A DNA stretch of 64,000 nt from Solirubrobacterales bacterium (GTDB lineage: Bacteria; Actinomycetota; Thermoleophilia; Solirubrobacterales; 70-9): contig JAWVEZ010000106.1 of the NCBI GenBank assembly GCA_033856455.1, positions 4,687-68,686 of the forward strand, given 5' to 3'. Below the pieces are notes generated by a model that worked only from the letters and a program-made list of their open reading frames with translations, made no database searches and was not told the DNA's origin. Position 1 is the stretch's first letter. Each line of letters opens with the position of its first letter. Positions 1 to 7,984 of this stretch are shown one piece after another. The position numbers and the translations under genes are program-made.

Positions 1-99
1 GACGCTCGCTTCGACTCCATGGAGAGCCGGATGGACGCTCGCTTCGACTCCATGGAGACCCGGATGGACGCGCGATTGAACTCCATGGAGACCCGGATG
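1..99. repeat. 33-bp tandem repeat, three near-identical copies (1-33, 34-66, 67-99) plus a degenerate fourth
   Basis: The unit gacgctcgcttcgactccatggagaSccggatg is directly repeated in phase with the reading frame (11 aa per unit). The array is cut by the window edge. Confidence 0.85.
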
Positions 100-234
100 G
101 ACGCGCGGCTGGAGGCGATCGAGGAGCGCTCCGCCGCCCTGCAGCGAACGCTGATCCTCGTCGGAGCCGGCCTTATCGGGACCCTGATCGCCGCTCTGAT
201 CTCGGCGATCGTCGCCGCGATCCTGCTGGCCTGA
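1..234 (+). CDS. 5'-truncated small 11-mer-repeat (coiled-coil-like) protein with a C-terminal transmembrane anchor
   Basis: Frame 1 is open from base 1. It translates as DARFDSMESRM / DARFDSMETRM / DARLNSMETRM repeats, then the hydrophobic tail LILVGAGLIGTLIAALISAIVAAILLA, with TGA at 232-234. The ATG at 19 is only one possible start; the gene probably begins upstream of the window. Confidence 0.5.
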   Translation, partial: DARFDSMESRMDARFDSMETRMDARLNSMETRMDARLEAIEERSAALQRTLILVGAGLIGTLIAALISAIVAAILLA

Positions 235-534
235 TCAGCCGGCCTTGGACGGCGAGAGCGGGTGCTCCTTCGCCCAGCTCGCGATCGCGCCGGAGCCGGA
301 GATCACCTCGCCGCCGTCGAGGACGAGGATCGGCACCTCGTTGGTGCCGCTCAGCTCCTTGACCTCGGCGCGCTCGTCGTTGCGGCTGCCCCAGGTCCAG
401 GGCATCAGCCGGTAGCCGCCGACCGTCTTCAGCTCGTACTCGTAGCCGGCGGCGTCGAGCGCCTTCCCGGCTTTCGCGCACGGATGGGCGAAACCGGGCC
501 CCATCGTCTTCTGCCCGCAGGTGTAGAGGACCAC
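235..534 (-). CDS. small thioredoxin-fold protein (glutaredoxin / GST N-terminal-domain-like)
   Basis: 99-aa ORF. MVLYTCGQ...HPCAKAGKALDAAGYEYELKTV...VPILVLDGGEVISGS matches the beta-alpha-beta plus cis-Pro region of glutaredoxin-like proteins. GTG start. Its stop abuts the convergent stop of the upstream gene (TGATCA). Confidence 0.6.
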   Translation of the reverse strand: MVLYTCGQKTMGPGFAHPCAKAGKALDAAGYEYELKTVGGYRLMPWTWGSRNDERAEVKELSGTNEVPILVLDGGEVISGSGAIASWAKEHPLSPSKAG

Positions 535-561
535 GCGGAAACCATATTCCGCGTGGTCCTC
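526..561. promoter_or_regulatory. perfect 15-bp inverted repeat with a 6-nt loop, overlapping the GTG start of the 235-534 gene
   Basis: gaggaccacgcggaa (526-540), accata, ttccgcgtggtcctc (547-561). On the minus-strand mRNA the start codon (534-532) lies inside the 3' arm. Confidence 0.5.
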
Positions 562-688
562 TAATCCAAATCGCTACTTCTTGACCAGGGCCAAGCTGCG
601 GTTCGTCGTGGTCACGGTCCCGTCGGCGGCGGTGAAGGTGATCTTCACGGTTTCAGCGCCATGCCTAGTGGGTTGCGGGAGGCTCTCC

Positions 689-1531
689 CTAGAGAACCCG
701 GTCGAGAAAGCGCTCGAGCGCGTCACCGAAAACGTCGTTGTCGTCGCCCGCGACCATGTGGCCCGCCGCGCCGACTTCGGCAAAGTCCGCCCCGGGCATG
801 AGCCGGCGCATGTCATCGACGCCGGCCGGGCCGACGACATCGGAGTCGGCGCCGCGGACGATCAGGGTCGGCGCCCGGACTTCTTCCGCGGCGCGACGAA
901 GGAACTCGGGGCCGCTTCGCCGCTGCGGCTCATCGCCGAGATCGACGAAGGCGGGGTCCCAATGCCAGCGCCAGCGGCCGTCGTCGCCGAGGCGCACGTT
1001 CTTGCGCAGTCCTTCGAGGTTCCGCGGGCGCTCTCGGTGGGGGTTGTAGGCCGCCACCGCGTCGGCGACATCCTCGAGCGAGTCGAATCCGTTCGGATAG
1101 GAACCCATGAAGCGGCGGATCTTCTCGACCCCCTCCCGTTCGAGCTCGACGACGACGTCGACCAGAACCAGGCCCGCCACCCACTCCGGATGCTTGGCCG
1201 CGACGACCAGGGCGATCATCCCGCCGAGCGAGGCGCCGACCAAGACCACCGACCGCTCGTGGCTCTCGAGGTACGCCGAGAGGTCGCCGACGAAAGCGTC
1301 GAGCAGGTAGTCGCCGCCGGGGTCCCACTGGCTGTCCCCGTGGCCACGGGCATCGAGTGCGACCACGGACCGGCGGCCGGCCGCGAGGCGCGCGGCCGTG
1401 CGGCGCCAGGAGTGCCTCGTCTGGCCACCGCCGTGGAGGAGCACCACGGTCGGCCGGCCGGGGTCGCCGTCCCAGCGCTCGCCGGCGAGCACGAGGCCGC
1501 CGGCCAGGTACTCGAAGGGTTCGCTGGTCAA
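689..1531 (-). CDS. alpha/beta-fold hydrolase
   Basis: 280 aa. Oxyanion-region VVLLHGGGQTRHSW, nucleophile elbow LVGASLGGMIA, and C-terminal His region GAAGHMVAGD. Confidence 0.85.
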   Translation of the reverse strand: MTSEPFEYLAGGLVLAGERWDGDPGRPTVVLLHGGGQTRHSWRRTAARLAAGRRSVVALDARGHGDSQWDPGGDYLLDAFVGDLSAYLESHERSVVLVGASLGGMIALVVAAKHPEWVAGLVLVDVVVELEREGVEKIRRFMGSYPNGFDSLEDVADAVAAYNPHRERPRNLEGLRKNVRLGDDGRWRWHWDPAFVDLGDEPQRRSGPEFLRRAAEEVRAPTLIVRGADSDVVGPAGVDDMRRLMPGADFAEVGAAGHMVAGDDNDVFGDALERFLDRVL

Positions 1532-1603
1532 GGTCCTGAGTGGGGGTCGAAAATGGGTTTGACGCCCTAATAATAGAAAAACCCGGCGGCGATGGTTTTT
1601 TTG

Positions 1604-1619
1604 TAGTATCGCTGCCGTG
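1604..1619 (+). promoter_or_regulatory. candidate -10 box (TAGTAT) 7 nt upstream of a GTG start; possible leaderless transcript
   Basis: tagtat at 1604-1609 lies in the only AT-rich stretch (1560-1610) between divergent genes. The GTG of the CitE-like gene is at 1617. I found no Shine-Dalgarno sequence and no clear -35. Confidence 0.3.
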
Positions 1620-2516
1620 CACGCCGCCGACCCTCAGGTCCGACGCCGTTCCTGTCTCTCCGTGCCGGCCTCCTCGGGGAAGATGCTGGCCCGCGCGCGC
1701 GAGATCGAGGTCGACGAGGTGGTGATCGATCTCGAGGACTCGGTCGTGCCCGAGGCCAAGGTGAGCGCCCGCTCGGCCGCGGTCGCGGCCCTGGCGTCGG
1801 GGCCGTGGAAGGCTCCGGTCCTCAGCGTCCGCGTCAACGCGCCCCGCTCGCCCTGGTGCGCGGCCGACCTGCTGGCCCTGGCGGCGCTGCCCGAGGCGCC
1901 ATTCTCGGTGGTTCTGCCAAAGGTCGAGAGTGGCGGCGACCTCGGCTTCGCCGACCGCCTCCTCGACGGCGCTGAAGCGGCGGCCCCGCGCCGGGCCCGG
2001 CTGCGACTGCAGGCCCTTATAGAGACCCCGGCCGGCGTCGCGGACGCCGTCGCCATCGCCGCCTCCAGCGAGCGCCTGGAAGCGCTGATCCTCGGCTACG
2101 CGGACCTCGGTGCCGCCCTCGGGCGCTCCCCTCGGGGAACCAAGAGCCTGGAGCTCTGGCTCAGCGCCCAGGATGCGGTGCTGGTTGCGGCCCGGACGGC
2201 GGGCCTGCAGGCGGTCGACGGACCCTACCTCGGCACCGTCGCCGACGCTGGGTTCGAAGCCGCCGCCGAGCGCGCCCGCGATCTCGGCTTCGACGGCAAG
2301 TGGGCGATCCACCCCTCGCAACTGGAGCCGCTGGCGTCGCTCTTCACCCCCACCAAGGCGGAGCTGGAGCGGGCCGAGGCAGTGGTCGACGCCCTGCGCA
2401 GGGCCGAGCGAGACGGCCTCGCGGGCGCCGTCGCCCTCGATGGCGAGATGCTCGACGAGGCCATCGCCGCGGCGGCGTGGGGAATCCTTGCACGGGCAGG
2501 ACGGAGCGGCAGGTGA
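1617..2516 (+). CDS. HpcH/HpaI aldolase / citrate-lyase beta (CitE)-like acyl-CoA lyase
   Basis: 299 aa. RSCLSVPASS...DEVVIDLEDSV, LVLPKVES, ALIETPAGV, ILGYADLGAALG and AIHPSQL are the CitE / malyl-CoA-lyase family motifs. Confidence 0.8.
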   Translation: MHAADPQVRRRSCLSVPASSGKMLARAREIEVDEVVIDLEDSVVPEAKVSARSAAVAALASGPWKAPVLSVRVNAPRSPWCAADLLALAALPEAPFSVVLPKVESGGDLGFADRLLDGAEAAAPRRARLRLQALIETPAGVADAVAIAASSERLEALILGYADLGAALGRSPRGTKSLELWLSAQDAVLVAARTAGLQAVDGPYLGTVADAGFEAAAERARDLGFDGKWAIHPSQLEPLASLFTPTKAELERAEAVVDALRRAERDGLAGAVALDGEMLDEAIAAAAWGILARAGRSGR

Positions 2517-3532
2517 GCGCCGTGGCGAGCGCCCGGACGCCGGTCGGAGGCCCCTTCTTCGAGCAGCTCGAGGTCGGCCAGACGATCGCCACCGCCCCGG
2601 CGATGACGTTGACCGAGGGGCACGCGGCGGTGCACCAGGCGATACTCGGCGACCGCCTGAGGTTGCCCCTGGACGCGACCCTGAGCGCCGCCGTCAGCGG
2701 CGAGGAGCGCCCGCTCGCGCATCCGGGTCTGGTCTGCGACGTCGCGATCGGCCAGTCGACGCTGGTCACCCAGCGGGTGATCGCCAACCTCTTCTACCGC
2801 GGCCTGGTGCTACGCCGACAGCCGCGGATCGGCGACACCCTGCGCACCACGGTCGAGGTCGGGGCCCTGCGCCAGAACAGCTCCCGGCCGGGCCGGGCCG
2901 GGTCCGGGATGGCGGCCCTGCGGGTCCGCACCGTCGACCAGGAGGAGCGCTTGGTCCTCGACTTCTGGCGTTGCGCGATGCTGCAGCTGGCCGATCCCGA
3001 GGCGGAGACCGGCCGGGCCGACGACCTCGACCTGATCTCGGCCGAGATCGACCTCGACGCGGTGCGCTCCTCCCTCGCCGGCTGGCGGCTCGATGCCTAC
3101 CGCGAGCTCGTCCCCGGTCCTCACTTCGGCGACCTCGAGCCCGGCGAGCGTTGGTCGATCTCCGCCGGCGACGTCGTCAGCGCCGCCCCGGAGCTGGCGC
3201 GCCTGACCCTGAACCTGGCGATGGCCCATCACGATGCCGACGCTTCCGGGCGGGGCCGGCGCCTCGTCTACGGCGGCCAGACGATCGGCCTCGCGGCAGC
3301 ACAGGTTTCGCGGGCGCTGCCAGGGCTCGTCACCTATGCCGCCTGGCACGCCTGCGACCACCTCGGCCCGGTCTTCGAGTACGACACCCTGTACTCCGAG
3401 GTCGAGCTGGAGCGGACCGAAGCGCTGCCCGAAGGGGGCGGCCTCGCACACCTTACGGTGACCACCAGTGCGCGTCGCGAGGGCCAGGACACCGAGGTGC
3501 TGAGATGGCGACCGGTGGCGGTGATGGCGTGA
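2513..3532 (+). CDS. MaoC-family double hot-dog acyl-CoA hydratase (itaconyl-/mesaconyl-CoA hydratase-like)
   Basis: GTG at 2513 overlaps the CitE-like stop (GTGA). FFEQLEVGQTI...TLTEGHAAVHQAILGDR starts the N-terminal hot-dog. A second hot-dog follows near FGDLEPGERWSISAGDVV...YGGQTIGLA. The 2300 start in the ORF track is an upstream extension. Confidence 0.75.
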   Translation: MSAVASARTPVGGPFFEQLEVGQTIATAPAMTLTEGHAAVHQAILGDRLRLPLDATLSAAVSGEERPLAHPGLVCDVAIGQSTLVTQRVIANLFYRGLVLRRQPRIGDTLRTTVEVGALRQNSSRPGRAGSGMAALRVRTVDQEERLVLDFWRCAMLQLADPEAETGRADDLDLISAEIDLDAVRSSLAGWRLDAYRELVPGPHFGDLEPGERWSISAGDVVSAAPELARLTLNLAMAHHDADASGRGRRLVYGGQTIGLAAAQVSRALPGLVTYAAWHACDHLGPVFEYDTLYSEVELERTEALPEGGGLAHLTVTTSARREGQDTEVLRWRPVAVMA

Positions 3533-3546
3533 GCACGATCCGCTTC

Positions 3547-3575
3547 TTGACAACGGTTGCGACGCGGTCTAGTCT
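3547..3575 (+). promoter_or_regulatory. sigma-70/SigA-type promoter candidate (TTGACA-17 nt-TAGTCT)
   Basis: ttgaca at 3547-3552, a 17-nt spacer, and tagtct at 3570-3575, in the 127-nt gap upstream of the first hydantoinase-A gene. Confidence 0.5.
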
Positions 3576-3587
3576 CCGCGGCTCGCC

Positions 3588-3607
3588 TGTACCGATCGGT
3601 CGGAACT
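3588..3607. promoter_or_regulatory. operator-like site TGTACCGA-TCGG-TCGGAACT (member of a 4-copy motif)
   Basis: Lies 13 nt downstream of the -10 candidate. The left half is identical, and the right half close, to the sites at 35908, 40161 and 40236. Confidence 0.4.
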
Positions 3608-3659
3608 TTAGGAATGAGGGAACTACAGGTGCGACTTGGAGTCGCCCGAGAGGGGATAT

Positions 3660-5792
3660 ATGAGCACGGCTAAGAGCAACGGCGCGACGGAGAACGGCGG
3701 CGGACTCGGTGAGGGCGAGGCCTTCGTCGGGGTCGACGTCGGCGGCACCCACACCGACGTCCAGGTGATCATGGGCAGCCGCGAAGCGCGTGGCAAGGCA
3801 CTCACCACCTATGACGACTTCAGCCGCGGCGTGCTCAGCGCAGTCGGCGTCGCCGCCGAGGACCTCGGGGTCTCACTCGAAGAGCTGCTCGGCTCGACCC
3901 AGCTGTTGGTCAACGCGACCACGGTCGTCACCAACTCGATCACCCAGCTCAGCGGCGCCGAGGTCGGGATCCTCGTCACCCGCGGCTTCCGCGACGAGTT
4001 CCGCTTTGCCGGCGGGCCCCGCATCCGCAACGTCGATGACCACGTCCAGACCAACGTCCCGGACATAGTCAAGCGCGCGAACATCCTCGAGGTCGAGGAG
4101 CGGACCGAATTCTCCGGCGCCGAGCTGGTGCCGCTGAACGAGGAGGACGTGCTCGAGGCGGCGCGGGTGCTGATCGAGGAGAACGGGGTCAGCGCGATCG
4201 CCGTCTGCTTCCTCTCCAGCTACAGCAACGGCTCGCACGAGCAGCAGGCCGCGGAGCTGATCGAAGCCAAGTACCCCGAGATCTTCGTCACCCCCTCGCA
4301 CCGGGTCAGCTCGGTTCGCGGCGAGTACCCGCGCTGGATGACGGCGGTGCTGAACTGCTTCGTCCACGAACACGCGAAGGGCTTCCTCAACGCGCTCGGG
4401 ACCAAGCTCCACGAGGCCGGGTTGCGGGGCAGCGTCGCCTTCTTCCAGGGCCTCGGCGGCGGCGTCAGCCAGGGCCGGGCAGAACAGCTGCCGCTGACCC
4501 TGCTCGGAGCCGGGCCTGCCGGCGGCGCCACCGGCGCCAACGAGCTGGCACGGCGGATGGGGCACGACCGGGTCCTGCTCGGCGACATGGGTGGCACCAG
4601 CTTCGACACCGGCCTGATCTACGACAACGTCGTCCACATCGAGAAGGACGTCAAGGTCGGCCGCTTCAAGACCTCGCTGCCGCTGGTCGACGTGATCTCG
4701 GTCGGCGCCGGCGGCGGCAGCATCGCCTGGATCAGCGAGCGCGGGGTTCCGCAGGTGGGCCCGCAGAGCGCCGGCTCGACCCCGGGCCCTGCCGCCTACA
4801 ACAACGGCGGCACCGATCCGACGGTCACCGACGCGATGATCGCGATGGGCCTGATCGACCCCGGCAACTACCTCGGCGGCCGGGTCGAACTGCGCAGCGA
4901 TCTCGCCGCCGACGCTCTGCTTCGGTTCGGTGAGCCGATGGGGTGGGGGGTCGAGGAGGCGGCCGCCGCGGTCCATGACCTCGTCGTCACCAACATGGCC
5001 AACGCGGTGCGCGAGGTCAGCGTCTCCCATGGGTATGACCCCCGTGAGTTCGTCTTCTACGCCTACGGCGGCACGATGCCGTGGTTCGCGGCGGAGATCG
5101 CCAACGTGCTCGGAATTGGCACCGTGCTGGTCCCCCACAGCAGCTCGGTGTTCTGCGCCCGCGGCCTGCTGGTCTCCGACTACGTCCTCCGCAACGACCA
5201 GACGCTGCAGTCGGCGCTCGACGGCGCCGAGGAGGTTGCCCGTGTCAACGCGGTCGCCCGCGACCTGGTCGCGGTCGGTGAGCAGAGCATGCGCGAGGAG
5301 GGGTTCACGAGCGACTCGATCGAGATCGCCAGGTCCGCCGACTTCCAGTTCGCCGGCCAGGTCCACGCACTGCCGATGCCCCTGCCCGACCGCGAGCTCA
5401 GCGCCGACGACGTGCCGGGGCTGAAAGAGAAGTTCAACGAGGTCTACGAACGGACCTACGGCAAGGGCACCGCCTGGCCGGACGCGCCGCCGCAGATGCT
5501 CAACTACTCGGTAACCGTTACCGGCAAGTTGCCGCGACCCTCGATCGAGGAGCGGCCGCTGGAACCGAGTGAGCGATCAGAGATGCTGCGCAGCGAACGC
5601 GAGGTCTACCTGCCGACCGAGCGCAAGCGCGAGGTGATCCCCGTCTACGACGAGACGAAGGTGACCCCCGGGAGCAGCATCGAGGGCCCGGCCCTGGTTG
5701 AGGCGGTCGACACGACCCTCTTCGTCCCACGCGGCGTCAGCGCCGAGCGGGACCAGCTGATGAACATCGTCCTGAGCACGAAGGAGGCGTAG
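3660..5792 (+). CDS. hydantoinase/oxoprolinase A-family subunit (acetone-carboxylase beta-like), copy 1
   Basis: FVGVDVGGTHTDV ATPase motif, GDMGGTSFD, ISVGAGGGSIAW. ATG at 3660 is preceded by gagagggga. Roughly 70 percent identical by eye to the 17070-19181 product. Confidence 0.9.
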   Translation: MSTAKSNGATENGGGLGEGEAFVGVDVGGTHTDVQVIMGSREARGKALTTYDDFSRGVLSAVGVAAEDLGVSLEELLGSTQLLVNATTVVTNSITQLSGAEVGILVTRGFRDEFRFAGGPRIRNVDDHVQTNVPDIVKRANILEVEERTEFSGAELVPLNEEDVLEAARVLIEENGVSAIAVCFLSSYSNGSHEQQAAELIEAKYPEIFVTPSHRVSSVRGEYPRWMTAVLNCFVHEHAKGFLNALGTKLHEAGLRGSVAFFQGLGGGVSQGRAEQLPLTLLGAGPAGGATGANELARRMGHDRVLLGDMGGTSFDTGLIYDNVVHIEKDVKVGRFKTSLPLVDVISVGAGGGSIAWISERGVPQVGPQSAGSTPGPAAYNNGGTDPTVTDAMIAMGLIDPGNYLGGRVELRSDLAADALLRFGEPMGWGVEEAAAAVHDLVVTNMANAVREVSVSHGYDPREFVFYAYGGTMPWFAAEIANVLGIGTVLVPHSSSVFCARGLLVSDYVLRNDQTLQSALDGAEEVARVNAVARDLVAVGEQSMREEGFTSDSIEIARSADFQFAGQVHALPMPLPDRELSADDVPGLKEKFNEVYERTYGKGTAWPDAPPQMLNYSVTVTGKLPRPSIEERPLEPSERSEMLRSEREVYLPTERKREVIPVYDETKVTPGSSIEGPALVEAVDTTLFVPRGVSAERDQLMNIVLSTKEA

Positions 5793-7982
5793 ATGACCAC
5801 CACGACGCACGATCCGGTTTCGGTTGAGATCCACCGCAAGGCGCTGGAGAACATCACCAACGAGATGGCGATCACGCTGACCCGGACCTCCGGTTCGCCG
5901 GTCGTCTACGAGGTGCAGGACTTCGCCACCTGCCTGATGGACACCGAGGGCGAGCACCTCAGCATGTCGGCCACGATCCTCTTCCACGCCGGCTCCTCAC
6001 TGCTGGGGACGCAGGCCGTGATCGCTTCGCTGGAGGACGGCGAGGAGGTGCGGCCGGGCGACGGCTGGATCGTCAACGACCCGTTCGAGGGCGGCGCCAT
6101 GCACCAGGGCGACGTCGCGATCATCATGCCCCAGTTCTACGAGGACAAGCACATCGGCTGGGCCTTTTCGAACGTCCACGTCGCCGACGTCGGCGGCATG
6201 GGGATCTCCGGCTTCGCCCCGGGTGCCGTCTCCGTCTACGACGAGGGGCTGCGCTTCGTCTCGACCAAGATCATCAGCGACGGCGTCCTCGACCGCGGCT
6301 GGGAACGCCACCTGCAGTCCAACGTCCGCGTCTCGAACCTGCTGCTGAACGACCTGCGCGGGATGATCGCGGCCAACAACGTCGCCCAGCAGAAGCTGAC
6401 CGAGGTCGTCTCGCGCTTCGGCTACGAGCGCTTCGTCGAGTACTGCGAGATCAACAAGACGCTGAGCGAGGAAGCCTTCCGCGAGCGGATCCAGAAGCTG
6501 CCCGACGGCGTCTACAAGACCTCGGAGTGGGTCGAGTTCGACGGCCACGGCGAGGACCTGCTGCTCGAGGTGGAAGTGACGATGGAGATCGACGACTCCG
6601 ACATCCGCTTCGACTTCGTCGCCGACGAGCAGACCTCCGCCTTCGTCAACGGGACCCGTGGAGTCGTTTACGGCAGCCTGATGACGACGTTCCTGACCAC
6701 GCTCGCCTACGGCGACCTGCCCTTCAACGCGGGCATGTGGAGGCCACTGACGATCAACATCGGCGACGAGGGCACGGTCGTCAACGCGGTGCCGCCGGCG
6801 CCGCTCAGCGCCGCCCACTCGACCGCCGGCATGCGCGTCACCCGTGCCGTCAAGGACCTCCTCAACCAGGCCTGCGCAAACAGCGATGACCCGGTGATCC
6901 GCGGCCGGGTCGGCGGCATGGCCGCCGACGGCGTCTGCCTGGTGCCTCTGACCGGGATCGGACGGGGCGGCGCCCCCACCGTTGTCTTCTTCATGGACAA
7001 CGTCACCGGCAACGGCGGCGGTGCGCAGAGCATCATCGACGGCCAGGATTGCTACGGGATCACGATCGGTCCCGGGGTCGGGCTCGGCAGCGTCGAGACC
7101 AACGAGGCCTCGCAGCCCGCGCTCTACCTGTGGCGCAAGCTGATCCAGAACTCGGGCGGCCCCGGGATCCACCGTGGCGGGCAGGGGTTGGAGATCGCCT
7201 ATGCCGTCCACGGCACCGGCCAGCTCGACGGCGCCGTCGCCTTCACCTGCGCGGAGATTCCGAGCAGGGGGGCCGGGGGCGGCTACCCCGCCGGCACCGG
7301 ATCCTGGTCGGCGACCCACGGCACCAATGTCAACTCCGACCTCGAGGCGGGCAAGCAGACCCACGAGGAGACGCTGACCGGCGACTCCCCGCCGGTGCCA
7401 TCCAACCTCGGCCGGCTGCACCTCGGACGCGGCGACGTCATCCGGGTAGGCGGCGGCGGTGGCGGCGGGGTCGGCGACCCGATCCTTCGCGACCCCCAAC
7501 GGGTCGCCGATGACGTCGCGGACGAGTACGTGACCGTGGACAACGCCCGCGCCGCCTACGGCGTCGTGATCGGGGATGACGGAGCGGTCGACACGAAGGC
7601 GACGGAGTCGCTGCGCACCGAAATCCGCGAAAACCGGATCGGCGCTGCGCCCTCGAGTCCTCAGGGCCTTCCGGACACCCCGGGCATCGCGGTCTCGATT
7701 GCCGGCGACGGTCACTGGCACTGCGCCTACTGCGACGGCGACCTTGGCGAGGGCGGCGACGATTGGCGGCAAGGGGCGGTCACCGCCGAAGCCTCGATCT
7801 CCGAGCGCCTCGCCGAGGCGGACATGCACGCGCGACTACGCCAGGGTGCCGGGCCGGTGATGCTCGCCGAGCACTACTGCCCGGACTGCGCCGGCCTGCT
7901 CCTCGCCGACCTCTTCCCGGAGGGCTTCACCGCGCTCGACGTCCCGCAGCTGAAGCAGGCTCGCTCGACGCTCGAGGTCTAG
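5793..7982 (+). CDS. hydantoinase B/oxoprolinase-family subunit fused to a C-terminal 4-Cys acetone-carboxylase-gamma-like domain, copy 1
   Basis: N-terminus DPVSVEIHRKALENITNEMAITLTRTSGSPVVYEVQDF, and GGGGGGVGDP near the usual family end. An extra ~110 aa follows with HCAYCDG ... MLAEHYCPDCAGLLLADLFP. The start abuts the upstream stop. Confidence 0.9.
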   Translation: MTTTTHDPVSVEIHRKALENITNEMAITLTRTSGSPVVYEVQDFATCLMDTEGEHLSMSATILFHAGSSLLGTQAVIASLEDGEEVRPGDGWIVNDPFEGGAMHQGDVAIIMPQFYEDKHIGWAFSNVHVADVGGMGISGFAPGAVSVYDEGLRFVSTKIISDGVLDRGWERHLQSNVRVSNLLLNDLRGMIAANNVAQQKLTEVVSRFGYERFVEYCEINKTLSEEAFRERIQKLPDGVYKTSEWVEFDGHGEDLLLEVEVTMEIDDSDIRFDFVADEQTSAFVNGTRGVVYGSLMTTFLTTLAYGDLPFNAGMWRPLTINIGDEGTVVNAVPPAPLSAAHSTAGMRVTRAVKDLLNQACANSDDPVIRGRVGGMAADGVCLVPLTGIGRGGAPTVVFFMDNVTGNGGGAQSIIDGQDCYGITIGPGVGLGSVETNEASQPALYLWRKLIQNSGGPGIHRGGQGLEIAYAVHGTGQLDGAVAFTCAEIPSRGAGGGYPAGTGSWSATHGTNVNSDLEAGKQTHEETLTGDSPPVPSNLGRLHLGRGDVIRVGGGGGGGVGDPILRDPQRVADDVADEYVTVDNARAAYGVVIGDDGAVDTKATESLRTEIRENRIGAAPSSPQGLPDTPGIAVSIAGDGHWHCAYCDGDLGEGGDDWRQGAVTAEASISERLAEADMHARLRQGAGPVMLAEHYCPDCAGLLLADLFPEGFTALDVPQLKQARSTLEV

Positions 7983-7984
7983 CC

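Noticed and set aside
930-2321. 463-aa minus-strand ORF spanning the hydrolase and CitE-like genes
   Set aside because: It is Arg/Pro/Gly/Ala-rich and low-complexity. It runs antisense or out of frame to two genes with clear family motifs. This is the typical long spurious ORF expected in very GC-rich DNA.
5997-7829. 610-aa antisense ORF inside the first hydantoinase-B gene (similar cases at 3873-5366, 17052-19142, 19106-21256 and 13064-14008)
   Set aside because: The translations are dominated by R/G/A/D/V/H with no recognisable motifs. Each lies fully inside a well-supported sense gene. They reflect GC3 bias that removes stop codons on the opposite strand.
3660-7982. Literal annotation as hydantoinase or 5-oxoprolinase
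   Set aside because: The family assignment is secure, but the substrate is not. The gamma-like 4-Cys extension and the CoA-ligase context argue for a carboxylase-type reaction. I kept family-level names only.
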